Source: an uncultured Bacteroidales bacterium (GTDB taxonomy: Bacteria > Bacteroidota > Bacteroidia > Bacteroidales > VadinHA17). From it: 64,000 bases of DNA. The stretch is taken from the NCBI GenBank assembly GCA_963725585.1, contig CAVRYU010000005.1:287823-351822 (forward strand). The letters are read 5' to 3'. The position numbers and the translations under genes were made by a program. The notes below the pieces were generated by a model. That model did not search any database and was not told the DNA's origin. It saw only the letters and a list, made by a program, of their open reading frames with translations. Positions 49,056 through 58,702 of this stretch are shown one piece after another (the stretch's first letter is position 1; every line of letters begins with the position of its first letter).

Positions 49056-49059
49056 TCAA

Positions 49060-49794
49060 ATGTTCAACAACCTGATGTTTATCTCACTGGCTCCGATCCT
49101 GATTATTGCATTCTATATTTACAACAGGGACAAATATGAAAAAGAACCTCTCCGTATTCTGTTAAAGGCTTTACTGGCAGGTGTTTTAATCGTATTACCT
49201 GTTGTTTTGATTGAAAGGATTCTTACGAATCAGTCCGAAGGTCTGGATGGGTTATCATATGCTGCTTACACTGCCTTTATTGTGGCAGCTCTGACTGAAG
49301 AGGGAATAAAATTCCTGGCATTTTATTATTTCTTCTGGAGAAACAAGAATTTCAATGAACGGTTTGACGGGATTGTTTATGCAGTCTATATTGCGCTTGG
49401 TTTTGCCGGGATCGAAAATTTACTGTATGTCTTTACAGGTGGCTATTCGGTAGGGGTCATTCGTGCACTCACTGCAGTTCCTGCCCATGCACTTTTCGGA
49501 ATTGTAATGGGATATTATTTTGGAATGGCAAAATTTAATGCTGACCGAAGTACATTTTACCTGGTTATGGCTTTTTTCATGCCATATCTGTTTCACGGGT
49601 TATACGATTTTCTGCTGATGGGAAATTCACCGGTACTTATATTAGTATTCATCCCGGTATTTATCTACTTCTGGATAACCGGATTCAGGAAGATGTCTGT
49701 AGCATCTGATGCTTCTTCTTTCAGGGAATCTTCAGATGATGAGAAATCAGGGCAGTTAAATCGGCGATGGTTCAGTATCTTTTATCAGGTCTGA
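49060..49794 (+). CDS. prsW: PrsW family intramembrane metalloprotease
   Basis: 244 aa, polytopic, with the AALTEEGIKFLA, HALFG and HGLYDF motifs. Confidence 0.8.
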   Translation: MFNNLMFISLAPILIIAFYIYNRDKYEKEPLRILLKALLAGVLIVLPVVLIERILTNQSEGLDGLSYAAYTAFIVAALTEEGIKFLAFYYFFWRNKNFNERFDGIVYAVYIALGFAGIENLLYVFTGGYSVGVIRALTAVPAHALFGIVMGYYFGMAKFNADRSTFYLVMAFFMPYLFHGLYDFLLMGNSPVLILVFIPVFIYFWITGFRKMSVASDASSFRESSDDEKSGQLNRRWFSIFYQV

Positions 49795-52708
49795 CAGGAA
49801 GCTTTGCCAGCTTTTCGACTTCAATTGAAGGGTACCCGAACTCCTGAACCACTTTCCCAAGGATAAGGTATGTTCCGCTGCCTTTAAAAGGATAGTTCCT
49901 GAGCGATTGTGAAAAATGTGTGGTATCAAAGAAGTCTCCTTCGGTATCGATGAAACATCCGAAATTCATCCAATCTCCCTTTATTGTCTTTATATATTTT
50001 ATCGTTACAAGGTGTCCGACCATACGTATTTTTTCCCCGGTGTATTTCAGCATATCCCTTGCTGAAATCTCGCCTCGGAATGATGTCTCAAGCATATCAA
50101 ACCAGCTCACGGTGACAGGAAAGCCGAACAGCTCAATTTCATCATATGCATCATCAAGGTTACCATGAACAAGGTCGGGCAGCGTGAAGCTGCGGACAGG
50201 CTGGGAGAAGAGTGGACGGATGCTGTCATGTTTCTTACTGTTTATCATCATGTGTGCTTCCCATAGCAGTACAGCTTTCTTTTTCCCGGTGAACCTGAAG
50301 GCTCCTGCCCTGATGAGAAGAACAACCTGTTCAAGCCCCGGGCACACCCGCTCAACGAAATCATTAAGATCGCTGAACGGGCCATCAGCATCACGTATCT
50401 CTTCAATTGATCGTGCAATTTTTTCTTCCATGCTGAGAATATGAATAAATCCAAGGTAGATATCCGTTCCGTAAATAGTTGTCTTGAACGTGCTTTTGTT
50501 AACACATGGAGGCTGAATGGTTGCCCCGCATCTTCTGGCTTCATGCACATATACCCATGTCCTGTAGAATCCTCCGAAATTATTGATGACTGCAACCATG
50601 AATTCAAGAGGAAAATGAGCTTTCAGGTAGAGGCTCTGGAAGCTTTCAACAGCATAGGAAGCTGAGTGTGCTTTTGAGAATGAATAACCTGCAAATGATT
50701 CAATCTGTCTCCAGACCTCTTTCGTGATCTCGTCGCTGTAGCCCTTTTCATGGCAGTTTGAGAAAAATCTGTCAACTATCCTCTGCATCTCCTGTTTCGA
50801 CCTGAACTTACCGCTCATGGCGCGTCGGAGTGTATCGGCGTCAGCAAGATCGAGACCGGCAAAATGGTGACAAACCTTCAGAACATCTTCCTGGTAAACC
50901 ATTACCCCGAATGTCTCTTCAAGCTGCTCTTTCATAACCGGGTGGATGTATTCGAACTTATCGGGGTTATGGAACCTGTAGATATACTCTCTCATCATTC
51001 CGGAGCGGGCAACTCCAGGCCTTATTATTGAGCTTGCGGCCACAAGGGTAGGGTAATCATCGCACTGTAGTTTTTGCAGCAGGCCTCTCATCGACGGGCT
51101 TTCAACATAGAAACACCCCTTTGTATCGCCTGCTTTAAGGTATTCTTTGACCTTCGGATCGTTCTTGAATTTCTGGATAGCATGAACGTCAACATCAACC
51201 GACTGGTTCCTCATTATTATCTCAACGCTTTCGCGTATATGGCCAATTCCGCGCTGACTCAGGATATCGAGCTTTTCAAAGCCGATCTCTTCGGCAGTGT
51301 ACATGTCCCACTGGGTTACTGGAAAGCCTTTCGGGGGCATGTCCAGTGCTGTATAGCATGTAATTGGCTCCTCGGAGATCAGAATGCCCCCGGCATGGAT
51401 GCTTCTCATGTTTGGGAAGTCGGCTATTTTCAGTCCGGTTGAAAAAATAGTGTCGGTTATTTCGTTTCTGTTTGCCTCAGAAGCCGGATTATCGATCAGA
51501 TTATCAATCTCTTCCTTTGGCAGTCCGTGCACCTTCCCCAGCTCGCGAACAATCGATTTGCCCCTGAAAGTGCTCATTGTTCCAAGGAGTGCCGTATGTC
51601 CGCCCCCATATCTTTTAAAAATGTAATCGATCACTTCGTCTCTTTCTTTCCATGAATAATCGATATCAAAATCGGGAGGACTGCTGCGCTTCGGGTTGAT
51701 GAACCGCTCGAAGTAAAGGTTCAGGTCAATCGGGTCAACATTGGTGATTTTCAGACAGTAAGCAACAATTGAATTTGCACCGCTGCCACGTCCCACGTGG
51801 TAGAATCCCCTTGACATCGAGTACCTGACAATATCCCATGTTATAAGAAAATAGGCCGAGAAACCCAGCTTGTCAATGATTTCCAGCTCATGCCTGATTC
51901 TTTTCTTTGCTTCAGAATTCTGTTTGCCGTACCTGTATATCATGCCATCCCATGCAAGCTTTTCGAGCAGAAGCTTGTCATCGTACCTGGTTGCCGAAAA
52001 TATCTTCTTGTTTTTCAGACTGTTGCGGTCAAAATCGAGAGAGCAGTCATCCATCAGCTTTTTTGTGTTCCTCACGATCCATTGATGTTCATCTGAGAGA
52101 TTTTTCCGTTGTTCCTGTGTTTTGAAAAACTCATCATCGCCCGCGCATTGTGACGGCTTAAGATGGCTGAGAAGTATGTTGTTGTCGACCGCCCTGAGGC
52201 TTTTATGAATGAAGATATCGTTTTTCGATGCGAAGGTCACCGGCTGAAGAAGGAGCATAGAATTCCTGTTGGCTGAACCATTTAATGTTACCAGGCGGTT
52301 TATCTCACCCGGCTTTATTCCGATACGCTCGTTTTCAAGAAGCCGCCTGTCGGGAGTTTTGTTTAATGGGTATATTGTATATACATCGGAGAAGACCGGT
52401 GCCGGGAAGGGGATAGGAGTTTTTTCAAAATTATGCTTTGAAAGAAATTCATTCAGTTCCCTCAGGCCTTTATTGTTGCGTGCAATGCCGATATATTGCA
52501 GTTCATTGTCATTCCTGAATTCAATGCCAGCCACAGGTTTTATCCTGTTTTTTTCACATTCACCCGCAAATTCAGGAATCCCGGTTGAATTGTTGATGTC
52601 AGTCATGGCGATGCACTCTTCTCCTGCAGCAATAGCATTCTGCACAAGCTGTTCCACGGACATCATTCCGTAGCGGAGGGAATAATATGAATGACAATTT
52701 AAGTACAT
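49772..52708 (-). CDS. dnaE2: Error-prone DNA polymerase III alpha-type subunit (DnaE2/ImuC-like)
   Basis: 978 aa with an N-terminal PHP domain (LNCHSYYSLRYGM) and a Pol IIIa core (GRGSGANSIVAYCL, FPDFDIDYS). It is shorter than replicative DnaE and lies directly downstream of a Y-family polymerase gene. Confidence 0.8.
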   Translation of the reverse strand: MYLNCHSYYSLRYGMMSVEQLVQNAIAAGEECIAMTDINNSTGIPEFAGECEKNRIKPVAGIEFRNDNELQYIGIARNNKGLRELNEFLSKHNFEKTPIPFPAPVFSDVYTIYPLNKTPDRRLLENERIGIKPGEINRLVTLNGSANRNSMLLLQPVTFASKNDIFIHKSLRAVDNNILLSHLKPSQCAGDDEFFKTQEQRKNLSDEHQWIVRNTKKLMDDCSLDFDRNSLKNKKIFSATRYDDKLLLEKLAWDGMIYRYGKQNSEAKKRIRHELEIIDKLGFSAYFLITWDIVRYSMSRGFYHVGRGSGANSIVAYCLKITNVDPIDLNLYFERFINPKRSSPPDFDIDYSWKERDEVIDYIFKRYGGGHTALLGTMSTFRGKSIVRELGKVHGLPKEEIDNLIDNPASEANRNEITDTIFSTGLKIADFPNMRSIHAGGILISEEPITCYTALDMPPKGFPVTQWDMYTAEEIGFEKLDILSQRGIGHIRESVEIIMRNQSVDVDVHAIQKFKNDPKVKEYLKAGDTKGCFYVESPSMRGLLQKLQCDDYPTLVAASSIIRPGVARSGMMREYIYRFHNPDKFEYIHPVMKEQLEETFGVMVYQEDVLKVCHHFAGLDLADADTLRRAMSGKFRSKQEMQRIVDRFFSNCHEKGYSDEITKEVWRQIESFAGYSFSKAHSASYAVESFQSLYLKAHFPLEFMVAVINNFGGFYRTWVYVHEARRCGATIQPPCVNKSTFKTTIYGTDIYLGFIHILSMEEKIARSIEEIRDADGPFSDLNDFVERVCPGLEQVVLLIRAGAFRFTGKKKAVLLWEAHMMINSKKHDSIRPLFSQPVRSFTLPDLVHGNLDDAYDEIELFGFPVTVSWFDMLETSFRGEISARDMLKYTGEKIRMVGHLVTIKYIKTIKGDWMNFGCFIDTEGDFFDTTHFSQSLRNYPFKGSGTYLILGKVVQEFGYPSIEVEKLAKLPVRPDKRY

Positions 52709-52987
52709 TTTTTTAAGGCATCAGGCATCGGGCGTCAGGCGACAGGAAAACCATGCATTCGCTAGCGCGGATTTGTAATCCGTGCTTGTAAGTAGTCGGC
52801 ACGGATTGCGCTTCGCTAACCGAGGACCGCTTTAGCGGGACAAATCCGCGCCAGCGGAAGAACCCACCCCTTTCCCCTCCCAGCCTTGCTCCGCCGAAGC
52901 GGCTACGCGAAGGCGAGGGAGGGGATCCTTATTTAGTATCGGCAGGGGGATTTTACCAGTTGCCCGTCGCCCGCCGCCCGTTGCCTT
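52709..52987. repeat. GC-rich mosaic of palindromic units flanked by inverted heptamer arrays (BIME-like) between dinB and dnaE2
   Basis: GGCNNNN x4 (52717..52744). A 17-bp long-range stem, 52760..52776 with 52840..52856, encloses hairpins 52777..52807 and 52827..52838. An acccacccc/cccctccc...gggagggg unit spans 52862..52924. NNNNGCC x4 follows at 52958..52985. Confidence 0.75.
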
Positions 52988-54253
52988 TTAAAATCCGTAC
53001 ATCATATACCCTTTTAACCTCTCTTCCATCATCTTCTGTTCATTCATGGCGTTTTCGAGTTGTTTAAGAGCCTTTTCCTCCCTTTCCCTCACCGTCATTA
53101 CCCCTACGGCTCTTCTCACTGCATCTCTGCCGAAGCGTTTACGGATATTGTCCATTGTCATATAAAGGCTAACCTTTTCAGGGGTGTCATCGAACATATC
53201 AAGCTGCTGAACCCCTCTGACCATATGGCTGAACCTTACCCCGATAAGCCTGATAAGCATGCGCCGCTGGTATAGCCTGCCAAAAAGTTCTTTTGCTATA
53301 TCTGAAAGGACATGATCGAAAGAGGTATACGGGATCCTTTTCTGAAGTGTGTGTGTATCAAAGTTTGAATACCTTATTTTTACAGTTACGCACGATGTTA
53401 GCTTTTCCTGTTTCCGGAGCTCAAAGGCAATTTTTTCAACCATGCCTGCCAGGAGCTGATTCAGCCTGACCATATCGGTGGTATCTTTTTCGAAAGTGTG
53501 CTCGGTGCTTATCGATTTCTGCTCCGAGTAGCTGATCACAGGGGTGGAATCTATCCCGTTGGCTCTTTTCCAGATCTCAATGCCGCTTTTGCCCATAAGG
53601 TTCTCAAGCATCTCGGCCGGGATATTCCTCAGAGTATATATAGTTGCAATACCCATCGACCGGAGTGTATGGTAAGTTTTCTGGCCTACCATCGGTATCT
53701 TGCTTATTGACAGCGGATCGAGAAAGGGGAGGACTATCTCTTTTTTTACTTCAATTTCCCCGTTTGGCTTTGCTTCTCCTGCCGCGATCTTTGATACGGT
53801 TTTATTGACTGAAAGGCCTATGGATATGGGAAGTCCTGTTTCTTTAATTATATACTGCCTCAGTTCATGGGCCCATTTATAGCATCCATAAAAGCGGTCC
53901 ATCCCGGTAAGGTCGATATAATGCTCATCGATCGATGCTTTTTCGTAAAGCGGCGATCTTTCCGCAATTATTCCGGTAACCATATGTGAATAGTTACTGT
54001 ACATCTCCATATCGCCTCTTATAACGATGGCATCGGGACACATGCTCCTGGCCATCTTCATCGGCATTGCTGAGCTTACACCATATTTTCTTGCTTCATA
54101 GCTGCAGCTCGATACAACGCCGCGGTCCGACATACCGCCGATTATGACAGGCTTGCCTGTGAGCCTGCTGTTCTTAAGCCTCTCAACCGATACAAAAAAT
54201 GTATCCATGTCGAGATGAAGAACTGATCGGTCTATGTTGCCGGCGATGAACAT
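52988..54253 (-). CDS. dinB: Y-family DNA polymerase (Pol IV/DinB-like, catalytic residues present)
   Basis: ORF trimmed to Met at 54253 (MFIAGNIDRSVLHLDMDTFFVSVE). The DMDTFF and SIDEHYID acidic motifs are retained, unlike catalytically dead ImuB. Confidence 0.8.
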   Translation of the reverse strand: MFIAGNIDRSVLHLDMDTFFVSVERLKNSRLTGKPVIIGGMSDRGVVSSCSYEARKYGVSSAMPMKMARSMCPDAIVIRGDMEMYSNYSHMVTGIIAERSPLYEKASIDEHYIDLTGMDRFYGCYKWAHELRQYIIKETGLPISIGLSVNKTVSKIAAGEAKPNGEIEVKKEIVLPFLDPLSISKIPMVGQKTYHTLRSMGIATIYTLRNIPAEMLENLMGKSGIEIWKRANGIDSTPVISYSEQKSISTEHTFEKDTTDMVRLNQLLAGMVEKIAFELRKQEKLTSCVTVKIRYSNFDTHTLQKRIPYTSFDHVLSDIAKELFGRLYQRRMLIRLIGVRFSHMVRGVQQLDMFDDTPEKVSLYMTMDNIRKRFGRDAVRRAVGVMTVREREEKALKQLENAMNEQKMMEERLKGYMMYGF

Positions 54254-54267
54254 TTTACAAGTTATTT

Positions 54268-54337
54268 TGCCCCCCATCCCCCCTTAAAGGGGGGCTAAAA
54301 ACCATAGGTTAATAAGCCCCCTTTAGGGGGTTGGTGG
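54268..54337. repeat. G6/C6 double-hairpin REP-like element (family member)
   Basis: tgcccccca + ccccccTTAAAgggggg (54278..54294) + cccccTTTAggggg (54317..54330). Its 5' part is nearly identical to 23501..23530. Confidence 0.7.
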
Positions 54338-54390
54338 TTCAAATAAAAAAATACTTTTTTCTTGTTTATATAACAATTAAGTTTTATTTT

Positions 54391-54430
54391 TGATTAGAAT
54401 TTAATCAATATTATGATTACAATATAATCA
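54391..54430. promoter_or_regulatory. Two TGATT-N7-AATCA palindromes (candidate operator of the LexA-like repressor)
   Basis: tgattagaatttaatca (54391..54407) and tgattacaatataatca (54414..54430), 23 bp apart centre to centre. They end 10 nt before the ATG at 54441, in the divergent promoter region shared with dinB. Confidence 0.4.
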
Positions 54431-54440
54431 ATATTTTTAT

Positions 54441-55268
54441 ATGTACTTCACTTCCAACATAAAATTTTTAAGAAAAAGAAGGGGCAGAACACAGGATGAT
54501 GTTGCTGTTGCCCTTAACCTGAAACGTTCAACCCTCAGCGGGTATGAGAACGGCGTGGCCCAGCCCGGTATAGATATTCTTGTATCTTTTTCGGGATACT
54601 TCAATATGTCGATCGATACACTGCTTAAGATCGATATGACCAGTTTGTCGGAAAGCCAGCTCGGAGAACTTGAAAGGGGTTATGATGCTTATGTAAAGGG
54701 AAGCAACCTGAGGGTACTGACAACAACCGTCAATTCGGAAAACAGGGAAAACATTGAGCTTGTTGCCGAAAAAGCAAAAGCAGGTTATACAACAGGTTAT
54801 GCCGATCCGGAATATATCGGGGAACTTCCTGTTTTCAGTCTGCCATTTCTTTCAGATAAGAAAAAGTACAGGACATTCCAGCTGAAAGGTGATTCAATGC
54901 TGCCGATTCCCGACGGATCTTGGGTTACCGGTGAATTTCTGCAGGACTGGATGAACATTAAAACCGGCAAAGCCTATATTGTTTTTACATTAAATGACGG
55001 GATAGTCTTTAAGATAATTGAAAATAATATTTCGAAGGATGGAAAACTTGTTCTCTTTTCCCTTAATCCTCTCTATGAACCTTATGAGGTACATATTAAT
55101 GAGGTCAAAGAGATATGGAAATTTGTCAATTACATAAGCAATGAGCTACCTGAACCTGTTCTTCCTGAAAAGCAGATATTTCAATCAATTGCCCTGATGA
55201 AAACTGATCTTGAAAGGATAAAGGCAAAACTTGGAACAGATATTTCAGATGTAAATGAAATAAACTGA
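54441..55268 (+). CDS. XRE-type HTH + S24 peptidase repressor (non-canonical LexA-like)
   Basis: 275 aa with an N-terminal HTH (RTQDDVAVALNLKRSTLSGYENG), an Ala-Gly candidate cleavage site (KAKAGY), the Ser motif LKGDSMLP, and a downstream Lys (VFKII). Confidence 0.75.
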   Translation: MYFTSNIKFLRKRRGRTQDDVAVALNLKRSTLSGYENGVAQPGIDILVSFSGYFNMSIDTLLKIDMTSLSESQLGELERGYDAYVKGSNLRVLTTTVNSENRENIELVAEKAKAGYTTGYADPEYIGELPVFSLPFLSDKKKYRTFQLKGDSMLPIPDGSWVTGEFLQDWMNIKTGKAYIVFTLNDGIVFKIIENNISKDGKLVLFSLNPLYEPYEVHINEVKEIWKFVNYISNELPEPVLPEKQIFQSIALMKTDLERIKAKLGTDISDVNEIN

Positions 55269-55842
55269 TCAATCGCCACCCGGCATGCTGATCCATTTAC
55301 CGTTGCTGAAAGATATTGGGATATCTTTGTTCAGTGCAAGATAATCCATATTGAATTCTACATGAGGTAAATTCAATAATGATTTGATATCCTTTTGATT
55401 ATCTTTTATGGATGAAGTCATAATAACAAAAAGCCCCGGTTCGGTAAAATGACGCAGTGCAGGTGATTCACAAATTATCGGGGTGCCTTCCGGAATATTC
55501 TCCATGATCTCTTTAAAGGCTTTATCAAGTGAGTTATCGTTGACCTTTGCAAAGTAAACCCTCGATGCACCTGCTTTAAGCATCCTGGATGTATCCTTGG
55601 ATGTGCCCTGGTTTGTCTCTTCATAAACCGAAAATCCCTTTTTCTCAGCTATCGGCACTAAGTCCAGGTGTAGTTTCATGAAAATGCGGTGTGATCTTGA
55701 CTGAAACAATCTCAAGATGCTTTAATTGTTCAATTATTCTGCATGCCATTGAGGTCTTTCCGGATTTGTTGCCTGTACCTGCAATGATCAGAAGATTAGG
55801 GACTATCATAATAATTATAAATAAAAACTCTGTGTCTCTCAT
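55269..55842 (-). pseudogene. MobB-like P-loop protein, one frameshift
   Basis: Pieces 55645..55842 (LLIIAGTGNKSGKTSMACRIIEQL; KITPHFHE) and 55269..55715. The start is probably Met at 55809. The family call is tentative. Confidence 0.45.
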
Positions 55843-55952
55843 GTGACTTCCCCCGAGCTCTCTGAAGGAAGCATTATTTAAAATCCAGTTACACGGGGTT
55901 CCACGGGGAATCCACAGAGGAACACAGAGTTCAAATAAATCAAAATATCCTG

Positions 55953-56489
55953 CTATTCTTTCGTCAGCCCGATAATGAGCTGAATGATCTTTTCATTTTC
56001 AGTCACCGGAATTTTTCCGCTGTAAACGTATCTGCAGATCCTGTTCTTATCTAAGATCACAACGCTGTAACTGTCTTTTGGCATTCCCCAGATTTCCTGA
56101 AGTGTCCCCTTGTAATCGAAAAGAATAACTGTCTTGTATTTCTTAGCCTTATTACCAGCTATCGTCCTGATAAGTCCGTTCGGTTTCCAGGTTGACTTGG
56201 TATCAACAACACCGATTCCTTTAAAGTAAGTACTGTCAATTATCTTATCTGTCTTAACAGCTTTGTCAATAGCTTCACTGTAAGCTTCATTCATGTCTTG
56301 TTCATCGGGATCGACATAATTGACCTGTAAAACTTTTCCTGCCCAGGAATCCATGCTGTATTCCTTTTTGTTTGCATCAGGCAGCAACCATGCAGGTGCT
56401 TTCATTCCAACTTCAAGCTTACCCGTCTGGGCAAATGATGAAGCAAATGCTATCAGAGTAAAGAAAAGGGTGTAAATCAGTTTTTTCAT
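55953..56489 (-). CDS. YtfJ-family / thioredoxin-fold periplasmic protein
   Basis: ORF trimmed to the ATG at 56489 (MKKLIYTLFF...). It has a signal peptide, no CXXC, and a C-terminal YSVVILDKNRICRYVYSGKIPVTENEKIIQLI that resembles E. coli YtfJ as I recall it. Confidence 0.5.
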   Translation of the reverse strand: MKKLIYTLFFTLIAFASSFAQTGKLEVGMKAPAWLLPDANKKEYSMDSWAGKVLQVNYVDPDEQDMNEAYSEAIDKAVKTDKIIDSTYFKGIGVVDTKSTWKPNGLIRTIAGNKAKKYKTVILFDYKGTLQEIWGMPKDSYSVVILDKNRICRYVYSGKIPVTENEKIIQLIIGLTKE

Positions 56490-56604
56490 ATATCTGTTTT
56501 TAAATTTCACGAAATATATGAGTTTTTTCCATACAAATAAATTTTAGGCGTTTATAACATTAATACAGTCAACAATATTACTTTTGCAGGTCTTTAATAA
56601 TTTT

Positions 56605-58386
56605 ATGCAGCCATTAAGAAATATTGCGATTATTGCACATGTTGATCATGGAAAAACTACCCTTGTCGACCGTATTATCCAGGAATGCAAGGTATTCGAC
56701 GAGAGAAAAGAGATTGGTGAACTGATACTTGACAGCAATGATCTGGAAAGGGAGAGGGGTATAACAATAATATCCAAGAACGTCTCGGTCAATTATAAGG
56801 GAGTAAAGATCAATATTATAGATACCCCGGGGCATGCTGATTTCGGAGGAGAGGTTGAGAGGGTGCTTAAAATGGCAGACGGCGTTCTCCTTCTTGTTGA
56901 TGCTTTTGAAGGACCTATGCCACAGACCAGGTTCGTTCTGGGAAAAGCCATTAATCTTGGCCTTAAACCAATTGTTGTTGTAAACAAAGTGGACAAGGAA
57001 AACTGCAGGCCTGATGAGGTTCAGCAGGATATCTTTGAATTAATGTTTAACCTTGACGCATCAGAGGAACAGCTTGATTTCGAAACTGTGTTTGGTTCAT
57101 CCAAATACGGGTGGATGAGCAAAGACTGGAAAAAGCCGGCTACTGACATTACAATTCTCCTGGATACGATAATTGAGCAGATACCAGAGCCATTATATGT
57201 TGAAGGTACAGCCCAGATGCAGGTTGCATCACTCGATTATTCAAACTATGTCGGCAGAATTGCGATAGGCAGGGTTTTCCGTGGTGAAATTGTTACCGGT
57301 AAAGATTATACGCTTTGCAAAAAGGATGGTGAGGTTAGAAAGGTGAGGGTCAAGGAACTCTACTTGTTCGAGGGTCTGGGACGGGTCAAAACAGAAAGTG
57401 TAAGGTGCGGCGATTTATGTGCGGTAATTGGCCTCGAAGATTTCGAAATAGGAGATACACTTGCTGACCTTCTTTCACCTGAGGCGCTTCAACGGATCGA
57501 AGTTGATGAACCTACAATGAGCATGATCTTTACAATAAATAACTCTCCACTTTTTGGTAAAGAGGGTAAATTCGTCACATCCAGACATTTAAGAACGAGG
57601 CTGTTCAGAGAAACAGAGAAGAATCTTGCATTGAAAGTTGAAGAAACCAGTTCGGAAGATACTTTTATTGTCTATGGAAGAGGAATTCTGCACCTTTCAA
57701 TTTTGATTGAGACTATGAGAAGGGAAGGGTATGAATTTCAGGTTGGAAAACCCAAGGTGCTTATTAAAGTCATTGACGGAATAAAATGCGAGCCATACGA
57801 AACATTATCAATCGATTTACCCGCTGATCTTTCAGGAAAGGCAATAGAGCTTGTCACTGTAAGAAAGGGCGAGATGACTGTTATCGAACCCAAGGGAGAC
57901 CTGATACATCTTGAATTTGATATTCCGGCAAGAGGAATTATAGGCCTCCGCAACAATATGCTTACTGTAACATCGGGAGAAGCGGTTATGTATCACCGGT
58001 TCAGAGCATATGATAAATACAAGGGGGACGACCTTTTACCTGTACAGAATGGTTCAATAGTGTCGCTTGATGAAGGTATGGCGACCGGATATGCACTGGA
58101 CAGGCTTCAGGATCGCGGAAGGTTTTTCATCGATCCGGGGGAGCATGTATACAGAGGGCAGGTAATAGGTGAGTATACCAGAGTCAAAGATATTGAGGTG
58201 AATGTTGTAAAAGGCAAAAAACTCACAAATATGAGAGCGTCGGGTTCAGATGACAGTTACAAAATAGCGCCGAAGCTTAAATTTTCTCTTGAGGAATCAA
58301 TGGAACAGATAAAAGATGATGAGTACCTCGAGGTTACACCTCTGAATCTGAGGATCAGAAAGATACCGGGTCAACCGCGATTTTGA
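56605..58386 (+). CDS. typA: Translational GTPase TypA/BipA
   Basis: ORF trimmed to the ATG at 56605 ([22 protein letters not shown]), with [14 protein letters not shown] and NKVD. Confidence 0.93.
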   Translation: MQPLRNIAIIAHVDHGKTTLVDRIIQECKVFDERKEIGELILDSNDLERERGITIISKNVSVNYKGVKINIIDTPGHADFGGEVERVLKMADGVLLLVDAFEGPMPQTRFVLGKAINLGLKPIVVVNKVDKENCRPDEVQQDIFELMFNLDASEEQLDFETVFGSSKYGWMSKDWKKPATDITILLDTIIEQIPEPLYVEGTAQMQVASLDYSNYVGRIAIGRVFRGEIVTGKDYTLCKKDGEVRKVRVKELYLFEGLGRVKTESVRCGDLCAVIGLEDFEIGDTLADLLSPEALQRIEVDEPTMSMIFTINNSPLFGKEGKFVTSRHLRTRLFRETEKNLALKVEETSSEDTFIVYGRGILHLSILIETMRREGYEFQVGKPKVLIKVIDGIKCEPYETLSIDLPADLSGKAIELVTVRKGEMTVIEPKGDLIHLEFDIPARGIIGLRNNMLTVTSGEAVMYHRFRAYDKYKGDDLLPVQNGSIVSLDEGMATGYALDRLQDRGRFFIDPGEHVYRGQVIGEYTRVKDIEVNVVKGKKLTNMRASGSDDSYKIAPKLKFSLEESMEQIKDDEYLEVTPLNLRIRKIPGQPRF

Positions 58387-58402
58387 AAAGTGTCTGTCAG
58401 GT

Positions 58403-58669
58403 ATGAGAAAATTCCTTATTATCATCTTTATCCTTTTCTTATTCTCCTGTAATCAGGATGAGACTTGCTATTCCTGCACCACAATGATTACAATTACTGT
58501 AAAGGATTCAGGGGGAACCGATTCATTTTCGATAGAAGATACGCGGAGCAAATGCGATTTTACCGAGAGTGAAATCAGGGAATTCGAAAAGAATAATTCA
58601 GACACTGTTACCTATATAAACGGTGAGGTAAGAATAGATACTGTAACTGTTACAGTATGCAAAAGATAG
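58403..58669 (+). CDS. Small lipoprotein, function unknown
   Basis: 88 aa with lipobox LFSC and further cysteines. Confidence 0.5.
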   Translation: MRKFLIIIFILFLFSCNQDETCYSCTTMITITVKDSGGTDSFSIEDTRSKCDFTESEIREFEKNNSDTVTYINGEVRIDTVTVTVCKR

Positions 58670-58702
58670 CATCATATACCTTATAATTCCTTATTGTACA
58701 GT

